Assembly: GCA_963662265.2 (NCBI GenBank)
Contig: CAXXHA010000036.1
Location: 153,132 to 217,131, forward strand
Reading direction: 5' to 3'
Source of the DNA: Spirochaetia bacterium
Lineage (GTDB): Bacteria; Spirochaetota; Spirochaetia; CADAEX01
DNA: 64,000 nt
A program made the position numbers and the translations under genes. The notes under the pieces are model-generated. The model had not been told where the DNA came from. It ran no database searches and was given only the letters and a program-made list of their open reading frames with translations. Numbering within the stretch: the first letter of the stretch is position 1; each line of letters opens with the position of its first letter. Shown here piece after piece: positions 19,107-29,987 of this stretch.

Positions 19107-20770
19107 ATGACTGAACCAGCAGGATTAAATAAATTAACAGTACAGAACCTGATAAAAACAAGTAAAGAAAGATTTTCTAGTCTTCCCTGCCTGTCTCTTG
19201 TTGAATCAGAGCCTCTTACATACAGTGATGTTTATCAGAAATCAATCTATATAGCCCATATGCTTCAGAAGATGGGGATGGGAAAAGACAGTCATGTTGC
19301 AATATTGAGTGAAAACACACCCAACTGGGGGATTTCCTATTTTGCTGTTTCCCTCGCAGGATGTATTGCTGTACCTGTTCTTCCCGATTTTGCGCCGTCT
19401 GAGGTCAAGAATATATTGATCCATTCAGAAAGTGCTGTTTGTTTTTGTATCTGAAAAACTCAGGTATAAAATTGATAATTCAGATCTTGATATTAAAATA
19501 ATAGTTATTGATGATTTTTCAATTGAAGATGATGATGTGAAAAAATCTGTTGAATCATCTGATATAAGCTTTACCGAATATGAAGCTGAAGAGGATGATG
19601 TTGCCTCAATTATATATACATCGGGAACAACCGGCCAGTCCAAGGGTGTAATGCTGACAAACCGGAATGTTATATCCAATGCTGTCGATGCAAGTCATAT
19701 TCCTGAGATGGTTGAGGGAGACAGCATGCTTTCCATACTTCCGATGTCTCATACATATGAATGTTCTCTAGGATTTCTTCTTCCCGTGTATCTTGGCGCT
19801 GTTGTCTATTACCTGGGCAAACCTCCTACACCTACAGTACTTATTCCTGCGCTCTCGAAGATAAAGCCGGTTGCAATGCTTTCAGTTCCTCTCCTCATTG
19901 AAAAGATATACATGGCAGAAGATTCTAAAGACATTCCAGAAAAATATTATTTTAAAATCCCTGTATAGCATATCTTTGTTCCGTAAAATTCTTAATAAAG
20001 CGGCAGGCCGAAAACTTTATAAACTTTTCGGCGGCAAGCTCAGGTTTTTCGGTATAGGGGGAGCGAAGCTGTCTGCTGATGTTGGAGCAGTTTCTGCTTG
20101 AAGCACACTTTCCCTATGCAATAGGATACGGCCTTACAGAAACTTCACCTCTTATTGCCGGAGACAATGCAACAAATACAATTTTCAGATCAACAGGGAG
20201 AATTCTTCAGAATGTGAATGTGAGAATAGACAACCCAGATCCTGAAACCGGGGTTGGCGAGATTGTTGTTAAAGGACCTAATGTGATGAAGGGGTATTAT
20301 AAGAATCCTGAACTTACAGAAGAGGTCTTTACGGAAGACGGATGGTTCAGAACCGGTGATCTCGGTATCATGACTGAGGGGCTACCTTTATATTAAAGGA
20401 AGAATCAAAAACCTGATACTCGGCCCGAGCGGTGAAAACATATACCCTGAATCAATAGAGGGTGTTATCAACAGCTGCGAATATGTTGAGGATTCTGTTG
20501 TATATGGTAGCAAGGGAAAGATTGTTGCCCTTGTCCAGCTTAACAGAGATGACCTGACAGCTAAATTCGAAGAGTTTAAGAAAGATGCTGCTGAAAGCAC
20601 CAAGCAGCTCCAGGACTTCCTGTCATCGCATCTTACAGAAGTCAGAAAAAAGGTTAATTCCCAGCTGAACAGCTTTTCAAGGATAAATTATCATGCATGA
20701 ACAGATCGATCCTTTTGAAAAAACACCCACGAAAAAGATCAAGAGATTTCTTTACATTAAAAACCGTTGA
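19107..20770 (+). pseudogene. Long-chain fatty-acid--CoA ligase (AMP-binding), about 5 frameshifts
   Basis: IIYTSGTTGQSKGV, GYGLTETSP, GWFRTGDLG, GRIKNLI..PSGENIYPE, PFEKTPTKKIKRF in successive frames. Confidence 0.88.
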
Positions 20771-20903
20771 GTTAAAGACTGCAAAGGAATAACTTTTCCG
20801 GTTTAAAATTTATTACTGATGTAAAAATATCATCGGTCTGTTAGTAGTGTAATAATATATCCACAATATTTTGGGAAAAACATATCAATGAATTTCCCCA
20901 TTC

Positions 20904-20935
20904 AAAAACTGATTATCAGTAAATAATCAGTTTTT
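20904..20935. terminator. Perfect 13-bp inverted repeat (bidirectional terminator-like)
   Basis: AAAAACTGATTAT-cagtaa-ATAATCAGTTTTT. Confidence 0.5.
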
Positions 20936-21098
20936 CCCCTGTATAATTTTTATTTAACTGTATCAGCTATTATAATAATAATGAGGCTCTTACTGTAAAC
21001 AGCAGTATACGGGATATATTTTAAAAGAAATATTATTGCAACAATGGAATATATACAGTAAAAAAGGTTTATTGGCGAATATTATAAGGAAAAAAAGA

Positions 21099-21127
21099 TT
21101 GACTGCCGAATAAACTCAGCTTACAAT
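21099..21127 (+). promoter_or_regulatory. Sigma70-type promoter giving a very short leader
   Basis: TTGACT-17 nt-TACAAT, with ATG at 21139. Confidence 0.6.
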
Positions 21128-21138
21128 GAAAAGTACAA

Positions 21139-21801
21139 ATGAAGAAAGAAGATATTTATTCATTACTGTTTATTGTATTGCTCATTTTATTTTTCCTGAT
21201 CCCTTCAACAAGGTCATCTTACACAGCTGCCTACCATTTTTCACCGCTTGCTGTTTCATTTATTAAATTTGCTGTTCTTGCGACTTTCGGGAGAGATGAC
21301 AGGTGCAAGGGATAAGGACCGGGAAGTATCTTCCTGAAAACTTCGGTCTTTTTCCGAAAGCTCTGATATGGGGATTCTGGGGAGCTGCAATTTTAATGGC
21401 ATTCCGTATTTTTTCTAGGGGGAGTGTCCTCTTTTTCTTTCTCTTCCGCGGTGCGGAAGGACCTTATGATGATAATTCTGAAAGCCTTTACTGTATCTTT
21501 TTTCATGAATATATTTTTTGCCCCTGTAATGATGCTTGGACACAGGATAACTGATCAGCATATACTTGATGAGAAGGGGCATTTTTCTTTCAGCAGATTC
21601 AACACTGCAGAAATACTTAAAAAACTTGATTGGGACCTTTTCTGGGGCTTCCTGATGAAGAAGACAATACCGCTTTTCTGGATACCTGCGCATACAGTTA
21701 CTTTTCTTCTCCCTGAGGAGTTCCGAGTTCTCTTTGCAGCTCTGCTGTCAATTTTTCTTGGAGTTTTTCTAAGCCTGTCAAGCAGCCACAGGAAGAACTG
21801 A
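21139..21801 (+). pseudogene. Mpv17/PMP22-family membrane protein, frameshifted
   Basis: MKKEDIYSLL...FIKFAVLATFGE; MNIFFAPVMM.GHRITD; KTIPLFWIPAHTVTFLLPEEFRVLFAA; at least 2 indels. Confidence 0.7.
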
Positions 21802-22010
21802 ATCAGAACAAAAATTTCAGCACTCATATAACAGGTGCTGGTTTGTATAGATAGAGACTTCCGTATTAATCATCTTGCTTATTCCCTGCAAATTTCAACT
21901 GCAGGATATTGAATTCCAATGTCTGGTCAGATCAGTGCAGAACCTGAAGGTATAAATATACCTTATTTCTGTTTTCGGAAGACTTTTAAATCTTTAATCA
22001 GGAGTTAATC

Positions 22011-23625
22011 ATGCAGGAAGTATTGGTTCTTGGCGATGAAGCAGTTGCTTTGGGAGCTGTAGATGCCGGATTATCAGTTGCTTACGGATATCCGGGTACA
22101 CCTTCTACCGAAATTATGGAATATCTCATTGGTTACAGTGAGAAAAAAGATACAGGTTTAATTGCACGGTGGTGCACGAATGAAAAAACTGCCTGTGAAG
22201 GGGCCATAGGGGTTTCTTTCGGAGGAAGGAAAGCTCTTGTTACTATGAAACATGTGGGGCTGAATGTGGCAGCCGATGCTTTCATGAATTCCTCGCTAAT
22301 GAAAATTCACGGCGGGCTCTGTTCTTGCTGTTGCAGATGATCCGGGTATGCATTCTTCACAGAATGAACAGGATTCCAGGTTTTTTGCAGATTTCGCGAA
22401 AGTTCCCTGTTTTGAGCCCAGGAACCATCAGGAAGCATATGATATGGCAAGGGAAGCTTTTAAAGTTTCAGAATACTTCCATGTTCCTGTAATCCTCAAG
22501 CTTGTCACACGGCTCTCCCATTCAAGGGCAGTCATAAACAGGGGAGATACTGCAGACAGAACTGATTACGGCAAGGCGCCTGATAAAAAAGACTGGATGG
22601 CAATTCCTGCTCTTTCAAAAGGCAACTGGAAAGAACACCTGGAGCTTCAGAAGGATTTTCTTAAATGATTCTGAAGAAAGCAGTTTCAATCCGCTTGATA
22701 TCAATGGTGAACGCAAAGATATTGCAGTAATTACAACAGGTCTTGCAGGAAACTACTACATGGAAAATGTTTCCGACATGAATCCTAAACCGTCCCATCT
22801 TCACATTGGGGTCTATCCCATACCTGAAGAAAAAATAATTGATCTTTGCGCAAGTGCGGAATAAAGTTATTGTAATAGAAGAGGGTTATCCTTTTGTCGA
22901 GCGCTACATCAGGGGGTATTCTCCCGGGCGGTAAAGCTGTTGATGGCAAGATGAATAATGTTGTTGTTCCTGACGGGGAACTTGATCCTGACAATGTCAG
23001 AAAAGCTCTTTCTCTTCCGCCGCTTGAAGCACAGAAGCCTGTAAGCTTTCATCTGCCCGGACGGCCACCCCAGCTCTGCCAGGGATGTCCCCGACTCAGA
23101 CAGCTTCTTTGCAATCAATGAGGCGCTTGAAAAGCTTGGGCGGCGGGACTGTCACAAGCGATATAGGCTGCTATGCGCTTGGCGCATATCCTCCATACAA
23201 CACTGTTGAGACAATTCTGTGCATGGGTGCAAGTGTGGGAATGGCAAGAGGCGCATCCGAGGCTGGTCTTGAAAATGTTGTCGCAACAATCGGTGACAGC
23301 ACATTTCTTCATTCCGGAATCACAGGTCTTATTGATGCTGTTTCAACAGATACTCCAATGACTCTTGTTATTCTCGATAACTCAACAACAGCAATGACAG
23401 GCGGGCAGGATACCATACTCAGCTCAAGGCCAGATTAAAAATGTGGTTCTCGGCATGCGGAGTTAATCCTGAACATGTCAGGGAATTTGTCCCTCTCTCA
23501 AAGGAATCATGAAGAGAATGTGAAAATTCTCATGGATGAAATATCACATCCGGGGTTTTCTGTCGTTATTCCTCTGCGGGAATGCATGACAGACACTCAG
23601 ACAGAAAAAATCAAGGAAAGGTTAG
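22011..23625 (+). pseudogene. iorA: Indolepyruvate:ferredoxin oxidoreductase alpha subunit, multiple frameshifts
   Basis: LGDEAVA.GA, AYGYPGTPSTEI, MKHVGLNVAAD, SSQNEQDSR, RPPQLCQGCP, SDIGCY, IGDSTFLHSG, DNSTTAMTGGQ. Confidence 0.9.
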
Positions 23626-23636
23626 GAGAACAGGAA

Positions 23637-24219
23637 ATGGCTGAAAAAATAGATATTATATTGTCAGGTGTGGGAGGACAGGGTGTTCTCTCTGTAGGAG
23701 CTATTGTTTTCAATGGCTGCAATGAAGGAGGGGCTTAAAGTCCGTCAGTCTGAAGTCCATGGTATGGCGCAGCGGGGCGGTGCTGTACTGGCCCATTTGA
23801 GAATATCATCAGGCGTTATTGAGTGTGATCTTATCCCTAGAGGGGGGGCTGATGTTGTTCTGAGCATGGAGCCTCTTGAAGCGCTAAGGTATCTCGAATA
23901 TCTCAGACCTAGCGGGGCTCTTGTGACTGCAGCCGAACCGTTTGAAAATATTCCCGATTACCCTGAAATAGAGAAAATACATGAGGCTGTGAAGGCCCAG
24001 GTAAACGCAAACCTGATAGACGCGAAAAAACTCGCGAAAGAGGCGGGAGCAATGAGAGCTGTAAATATGGTTCTTGTCGGGGCTCTTTCTGTCAATCTTC
24101 CCTTGAAACCTGAATCCATAGAAGAGGCAATCAGGGAAAAATTTATTGCAAAAGGGGAAGCAATCGTAGAAACTAACCTTAAGGCATTTGCTCTTGGACG
24201 TGAAGCGGGAGGAAAATAA
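23637..24219 (+). pseudogene. iorB: Indolepyruvate:ferredoxin oxidoreductase beta subunit, one frameshift near 23708
   Basis: DIILSGVGGQGV, SEVHGMAQRGG, EPLEALR, NMVLVG. Confidence 0.9.
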
Positions 24220-25625
24220 TGAGTATTGAAAAAGAGCTTAATCCGCTCTTTTATCCTAAACAGATCGCGCTGATTGGTGCGACATCAAAACCTGACAAGG
24301 TGGGGAATATTATTCTAAAGCGCCTTATGACAACACGTGTCAGGCTCTACCCTGTTCATCCCAGGGAAAAGGAAATTGACGGGCTTGCAGTGATAAATGA
24401 TGTCAATGATCTACCTGAAAACCTCGATATTGCGGTAATTACTATCGGGGCTCTGGGTGCGGTTGAATCGGCAGAGATCTGCGCGGCAAAAGGTACAAAG
24501 GTAATAATTGTTGTTGCAAGCGGTTTCGGCGAAGCAGGGGAGGAGGGGCACCTTCTCGAAAAACGGCTCGGTGAAATCAGGGAAAAATACGGCACAAGAG
24601 TTCTGGGGCCCAATACACTTGGTGTGTTTATGCCTGAAACAGGTGTCAATACAATATTTGTAGAGCATGGCGACCGCTCTCTTGCAGGGGGGGGAGGAGT
24701 TGCTTTCCTTACACAGAGCGGGTCTGTAGGTGCCGAAGCTCTCGGTTATGCATCGAACATCGGCTTCGGAATGAGGGTTTTTGTCGGGCTTGGAAACAAG
24801 ATCGACCTTGATGAACTTGATTTTCTTAAGTATTTCGGAAATGACGGTAAAACCAAATCAATAGCAGTGTATGTTGAAAGCATTGAAAAGGGAAAGGATT
24901 TTCTCGAAGAAGCTTCCCGTATCAGCCGCGAAAAGCCTGTTATTGTGCTGAAGGCAGGAAGAACAGCTGCCGGGCAGTCTGCTGTAAGTTCTCACACAGG
25001 AAAGCTTGCAGGTTCTGACAGGGTAATAGACGGAGCATTCAGACAGCACGGTATTCTGAGGGTGCTGGATGATGAGGAGCTCTGCGATGCTGCCAAGGTT
25101 CTTTCAATGTCATCTCTTCCAGGGGGAAACAGGATAGCGGTGGTAACTGCTGCCGGAGGATACGGTGTGATGTGCGCCGATTATATCGAGGAAAAATCTT
25201 CAAGAGCCCAGCTTGCCATGGCCAGTTTTTCAGAAAAAACATCGGAAAGACTCAAGCAGGTTAACCTGGGTTTTGCATCATCGAAAAATCCGGTAGACAT
25301 CACAGCAGCAGCAGACAGCGCGACATACGCGGAAAACCTTAAAATCCTGCTTGAGGATGACGGCGTTGATATGGTTATCTGCATAGCATTCTTTTCCCCT
25401 GTGGGTATGTCTGATGACCTTGTGACTCATATTTCCGAAATGTCCCATAAATATGATAAGCCAGTTCTTGTTTTTACGGAATACGGTCCTTTTACAGACA
25501 GTTATCTGAAACGTTTCTACAATGAGGGAATTGCGGGATATCCTTCAATTTCAAGAGTTGTAAGAGCTGCAAGATTTCTTGTGGAAAGAAAACATCTGCT
25601 TGAAATTCCCGGAGGTGAAGCATGA
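24219..25625 (+). CDS. ADP-forming acyl-CoA synthetase (acetate--CoA ligase) alpha subunit
   Basis: CoA-binding IALIGAT...YPVHP, LGPNTLG, TQSG, SSHTGKLAG (phospho-His), NPVD. Confidence 0.88.
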   Translation: MSIEKELNPLFYPKQIALIGATSKPDKVGNIILKRLMTTRVRLYPVHPREKEIDGLAVINDVNDLPENLDIAVITIGALGAVESAEICAAKGTKVIIVVASGFGEAGEEGHLLEKRLGEIREKYGTRVLGPNTLGVFMPETGVNTIFVEHGDRSLAGGGGVAFLTQSGSVGAEALGYASNIGFGMRVFVGLGNKIDLDELDFLKYFGNDGKTKSIAVYVESIEKGKDFLEEASRISREKPVIVLKAGRTAAGQSAVSSHTGKLAGSDRVIDGAFRQHGILRVLDDEELCDAAKVLSMSSLPGGNRIAVVTAAGGYGVMCADYIEEKSSRAQLAMASFSEKTSERLKQVNLGFASSKNPVDITAAADSATYAENLKILLEDDGVDMVICIAFFSPVGMSDDLVTHISEMSHKYDKPVLVFTEYGPFTDSYLKRFYNEGIAGYPSISRVVRAARFLVERKHLLEIPGGEA

Positions 25626-26296
25626 AGGAAATAGTAGCCGGGTGGCTTAAAAGCCTTAGAGTCGAAGGAAAGCCTGATGAATGGGAATCCAAGAATCTTC
25701 TCAGGCAGGCAGGGATAAATGTTCCCTCCGGTAAGAGAATAATGCCGGGAGAAAAAGTTGATCCGGGGGAACTTGATTTCCCTCTTGTTCTGAAGGTGTG
25801 CGACCCAGATATTCTTCATAAGACAGACAGGGGAGGCGTCAAACTCAATGTTACAGCTGAAAATTTTCTGGAAACCAAAAAAGAACTTGAGGCTGAATTC
25901 CCCTCTTCCCCGATACTTGCCGAGGCAATGTGCAAAATAAAGGGGACAGAATTTATTCTTGGAGGGCTTCTTGATCCTGTATTCGGCCCTGCTGTGATGG
26001 CTGGTGCAGGCGGGGTTCTTACAGAACTCTATAAAGATGCTGTTTTCCGCTTGTGTCCATGTTCAAAGGCAGAATCTGTAAGAATGCTTAAGGAGCTTAA
26101 AATATCTCCTGTTCTGGAAGGCTACAGGGGAAGCAAACTTGAACTTGATTCCCTTGCTGATGTAGTCTCCAGGGTCAGTCTTTTCTTTGATGCGTTTGAA
26201 GATAAACTGAGCCAGATAGATATCAATCCGATTGTATTTACTGATGACGGCTGGACAGCTCTTGACTGTGTTTTTATTCTCAAAGAGATGAAGTAA
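25622..26296 (+). CDS. ADP-forming acyl-CoA synthetase beta subunit (ATP-grasp)
   Basis: FPLVLKV...ILHKTDRGGVKL, DPVFGPAVMAGAGG, IDINPI; ATGA overlap with alpha. Confidence 0.88.
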   Translation: MKEIVAGWLKSLRVEGKPDEWESKNLLRQAGINVPSGKRIMPGEKVDPGELDFPLVLKVCDPDILHKTDRGGVKLNVTAENFLETKKELEAEFPSSPILAEAMCKIKGTEFILGGLLDPVFGPAVMAGAGGVLTELYKDAVFRLCPCSKAESVRMLKELKISPVLEGYRGSKLELDSLADVVSRVSLFFDAFEDKLSQIDINPIVFTDDGWTALDCVFILKEMK

Positions 26297-26320
26297 AACA
26301 CTCAATATTATATTTTAAGG

Positions 26321-26345
26321 CTGACGGCGGAAGCCGTCAGGGTTT
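26321..26345 (+). terminator. Hairpin with GGAA loop after the ACD beta gene
   Basis: CTGACGGC-ggaa-GCCGTCAG with a short T-tail. Confidence 0.5.
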
Positions 26346-26492
26346 AAGATCCAGAGATCAGAATTTCATCTTTTACTGTCAGTCATCATGATTTCTGTAC
26401 AAATCAGTTTTTAACAGATATGAAGAATTGCAAATGATTGCATTTCTTTCGTGAAATGCGTTATGCGAAAAATAATATAAAGGATTCTGGAA

Positions 26493-27701
26493 ATGGGTAT
26501 TTCAAAGGAAATAAAAGGTTTTATCGGAAACTCCTCATTCATCCGCAAAATGTTTGAAGAGGGAAATGAACTGAAAAAAATATATGGAAAGGAAAATGTC
26601 TATGATTTTACGATAGGCAATCCTGACCTCAGGCCGCCTGAATCTTTCAGAAAAGCAATAATCAAAGCTCTTGAAAATAATGAGAGGGGATTTCACAGTT
26701 ATATGCCGAATGCAGGGTATGATTTTGCAAGAAAGGCTGTAGCCGGTAGGGTGGCCTCTGAACAGTCCTCAGATGTGACAGGTGATAATATAATCATGAC
26801 ATGCGGGGCAGGTGGTGCGCTTAATGTAATTCTCCGAAGCATTCTCAACAGGGGGGACAATGTCATTGCATCAATTCCCTATTTTGTTGAATACAAGTTT
26901 TATGCAGCCAATTTCGGCGGAGAAATGCAATTTGTGCCGTCAAAAGAAAATTTTGACCTGGATATAGGGGAAATAGAAAAAGCAATCGATAAATCTACTG
27001 CTGCTGTGCTTATTAACTCGCCGAATAATCCTTCCGGTATGATCTATCCTGAAACAACTATAAGGGAACTCGGGAAAATGCTTGAATCAAAAAGCAAAGA
27101 GACTGGCAGGGAAATATATCTTCTATGCGATGAACCTTACAGGAAAATTGCCTATGACGGTATTACTGTGCCGCCTGTTTTCCCCCACTACAGAAATACC
27201 CTGATTGCAACATCATGCTCGAAAGATCTTTCAATTCCCGGTGAAAGGATAGGGTGGATTGCTGTTAACCCTGCTGCAGATAATTATGAAGAACTTTCAT
27301 CCGCACTTGTCATGTGCAACAGGATACTCGGTTTTGTCAATGCGCCCGCCCTGATGCAGAGGGCAATAGCAGTTGTGATAAATGATACTGCTGATATGAA
27401 TGAATATCAGAGAAAGAAGGATATACTCTGCAAAGGTCTCAGGAAAATCGGTTATGAATTCAATGAGCCGAAAGGTACTTTTTACCTGTTTGTAAAATCC
27501 CCGGCAAGTGATGACCTGGGATTTGTAGATATTCTAAAGAAAAATCTGGTGCTTGCAGTGCCTGGAAGCGGATTCGGTATGCCTGGATATTTCCGTATTT
27601 CCTTCTGTGTATCAGATGATGTAATTAAAGGATCAATGGGAGGTTTTGAAGAAGCATATAAAACAGCAGTTGCAATGAGTAAAAGGGCTGGAAATGAGTA
27701 G
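26493..27701 (+). CDS. PLP-dependent class I/II aminotransferase (aspartate/aromatic type)
   Basis: IRKMFEEG, GNPD, INSPNNPSG, DEPY, SCSKDLSIPGERIG. Confidence 0.92.
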   Translation: MGISKEIKGFIGNSSFIRKMFEEGNELKKIYGKENVYDFTIGNPDLRPPESFRKAIIKALENNERGFHSYMPNAGYDFARKAVAGRVASEQSSDVTGDNIIMTCGAGGALNVILRSILNRGDNVIASIPYFVEYKFYAANFGGEMQFVPSKENFDLDIGEIEKAIDKSTAAVLINSPNNPSGMIYPETTIRELGKMLESKSKETGREIYLLCDEPYRKIAYDGITVPPVFPHYRNTLIATSCSKDLSIPGERIGWIAVNPAADNYEELSSALVMCNRILGFVNAPALMQRAIAVVINDTADMNEYQRKKDILCKGLRKIGYEFNEPKGTFYLFVKSPASDDLGFVDILKKNLVLAVPGSGFGMPGYFRISFCVSDDVIKGSMGGFEEAYKTAVAMSKRAGNE

Positions 27702-27816
27702 TCAGACTGATATTGCCTGCGGCAAACAGCTGGCTGGAATTTCTGCATTTTGCTTATTTGTAAAAAAAATTTTAATAGCTTTTTGCTGAATATGCCCATA
27801 TAATATACGGTATATT

Positions 27817-28278
27817 ATGAAATTTGATGAAGTAAATAAACAGATTCTTTCAATACTTCAGGAGGATGGATCTATAACCAACTCCGAGCTGGCGAAAAAG
27901 ATAGGGCTGGCTCCTGCGAGTACTCTTGAGAGGGTCAAGAAACTTGAAAAAACCGGTGTTATACGAAAATATGTTGCGCTGCTTGATGCTGAAAAAGTGG
28001 GCCGTGATATTGTTGCGTTTGTCGAAATATCAATGAGTGAACATTCAGCAGAGGCTATAAGGCTTTTCAGCAGTGAAATAGCTAAAATACCGGAAGTTCT
28101 GGATTGTCACCACATCTCCGGGGACAAGGATTTTCTGCTTAAGGTTGTTACTGACAGTATTAAAAATTATGAGAAATTTGCGCTTGAAAAACTGGCGGTA
28201 ATTCCCCATGTAGGAAAAATCAGTACCCTGTTTGTTCTTTCAACTATTAAATCCGAAACATCACTGCATCTTGAATAA
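27817..28278 (+). CDS. Lrp/AsnC-family transcriptional regulator
   Basis: N-terminal HTH (ILSILQEDG..TNSELAKKIGL..STLERVKKLE); RAM domain CHHISGDKDFLLKV. Confidence 0.93.
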   Translation: MKFDEVNKQILSILQEDGSITNSELAKKIGLAPASTLERVKKLEKTGVIRKYVALLDAEKVGRDIVAFVEISMSEHSAEAIRLFSSEIAKIPEVLDCHHISGDKDFLLKVVTDSIKNYEKFALEKLAVIPHVGKISTLFVLSTIKSETSLHLE

Positions 28279-28332
28279 ACATCTGTATTCAGTTATTTCT
28301 GGATACTGCCGAATATTATCCGGTTGTATTTC

Positions 28333-28361
28333 TTGACAGCCGAATCTTCAGGGAATACAAT
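28333..28361 (+). promoter_or_regulatory. Sigma70-type promoter of the NSS transporter
   Basis: TTGACA-17 nt-TACAAT. Confidence 0.75.
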
Positions 28362-28418
28362 AAAATATTGTATCATTTCATTAACGAAATAAATTAAAAA
28401 ATTTCAGGAGGTATTGAA

Positions 28419-29801
28419 TTGAGTAATTCAAATGAAAGAGAACAGCTTGCGAGCAGGCTTGGTTTTCTTCTGATCTCTGCAGGTTGTGCAATCGGGCTTG
28501 GTAATGTATGGAGGTTCCCGTTCATAACAGGAAAATACGGTGGAGCAGCTTTTGTTCTTATCTATCTCGTATTTCTTGTAATTCTCGGTCTCCCTGTTAT
28601 GATAACAGAATTTGCTATCGGCCGTGCAGGGCGTAAAAACATTGCAGGTGCGCTTTTGGCCCTTGAGCCGGAAGGATCAAAATGGCACCTGTACGGTAAG
28701 CTTGCAATTCTGGGTAACGTCATTCTTATGATGTTCTACACTACAGTTGCAGGATGGATGCTGGCATATTTCTTTTATATGGTGAAAGGGGATCTTTCAG
28801 GACTGACACCTGACCAGGTCGGCGGCTTCTTCGGCGGCATGCTTGGAAGTCCGGGAACACTTGTCTTCTGGATGCTGCTTACTGTAGTTCTCGGATTTTT
28901 TATCTGTTCACTCGGACTTCAGAAAGGTGTTGAAAAAGTAACCAAGATTATGATGTCAGCTCTCTTTGTAATCCTGATTATTCTTGTATTCAGGGCAGTG
29001 AGTCTTCCGGGAGCAGGTAAAGGTGTTTCTTTCTATCTTAAACCTGATTTCGGCAAAGTAGTTGAAAACGGTCTGTGGGAAACAATCTATGCTGCAATGG
29101 GACAGGCATTCTTTACCTTAAGTCTTGGTATCGGTAGTATGGCTATTTTCGGCTCATACATCGGAAGAGAAAGATCACTTACAGGCGAATCAATAAACAT
29201 CATGGTACTTGATACTTTAGTTGCGCTTCTCGCCGGTATGATTATCTTCCCGGCATGTTTTGCTTTCGGACAGGATCCAGGTGCAGGCCCGGGTCTCATC
29301 TTTGTAACTATTCCCAATATTTTCAACAATATGGCTGCAGGAAGGCTCTGGGGATCATTATTCTTCCTGTTCCTGAGTTTTGCAGCTATGTCAACAGTAA
29401 TTGCTGTTTTTGAAAATATCATGGCTTATGCAATTGATGAGTGGGGATGGACCAGAAAGAAAAGCGCGGCTGTCGGTGGTGTTGCAATGTTTCTTCTTTC
29501 ACTTCCATGTGCTTTCGGTTTCAATATCTGGAGTTCATTCCAGCCTCTCGGAGAAGGATCTGCTGTAATTGACCTGTGGGACTTTATTGTAAGTATGAAC
29601 CTCCTTCCTGTCGGTTCTCTGATATTTGTTGTTTTCTGTTCCTATAAAATCGGTTGGGGATGGGACAACTTTATCAAGGAAGCTGATGCTGGCGAAGGTA
29701 TTAAATATCCTCAGTGGATCAAGCCCTATGTAAAATATGTTATTCCTGCAATTATGATTATTGTATTTATTCAGGGATATATTGATAAATTTTCCGGCTA
29801 G
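28419..29801 (+). CDS. Sodium-dependent amino-acid transporter (NSS/SNF family)
   Basis: AIGLGNVWRFP, GGAAF, GQAFFTLSLG, GPGLIFV; AGGAGG RBS with TTG start. Confidence 0.93.
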   Translation: MSNSNEREQLASRLGFLLISAGCAIGLGNVWRFPFITGKYGGAAFVLIYLVFLVILGLPVMITEFAIGRAGRKNIAGALLALEPEGSKWHLYGKLAILGNVILMMFYTTVAGWMLAYFFYMVKGDLSGLTPDQVGGFFGGMLGSPGTLVFWMLLTVVLGFFICSLGLQKGVEKVTKIMMSALFVILIILVFRAVSLPGAGKGVSFYLKPDFGKVVENGLWETIYAAMGQAFFTLSLGIGSMAIFGSYIGRERSLTGESINIMVLDTLVALLAGMIIFPACFAFGQDPGAGPGLIFVTIPNIFNNMAAGRLWGSLFFLFLSFAAMSTVIAVFENIMAYAIDEWGWTRKKSAAVGGVAMFLLSLPCAFGFNIWSSFQPLGEGSAVIDLWDFIVSMNLLPVGSLIFVVFCSYKIGWGWDNFIKEADAGEGIKYPQWIKPYVKYVIPAIMIIVFIQGYIDKFSG

Positions 29802-29892
29802 AAAATTGATTGGAGAATATTAAAAAAAGGCTGTGGATCCGGTTTTCTGTTTTGCCGACGTTGCAGAAGCTGATTCAGGTCTTTTATGAAAT

Positions 29893-29925
29893 AAACCCCG
29901 GTGCTGCGAAGTACCGGGGTTTTTG
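29893..29925. terminator. Bidirectional terminator between convergent genes
   Basis: AAACCCCGGT...ACCGGGGTTTTT. Confidence 0.75.
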
Positions 29926-29987
29926 TTTTCAACCATATAAATATGCGTTGTTATTTTTCTTCTGTCAGTATTGAAGCTGGCAAGTAT

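Noticed and set aside
22660-22680. In-frame TGA in iorA as selenocysteine or readthrough
   Set aside because: The protein continues in a different frame (AAA T[G]AT TCT GAA GAA), so this is an inserted base rather than recoding.
16178-23720. Programmed ribosomal frameshifting or phase variation as the cause of the split genes
   Set aside because: There are too many sites per gene, in runs of only 2-6 nt, without slippery heptamers or stimulatory structures; this fits sequencing error.
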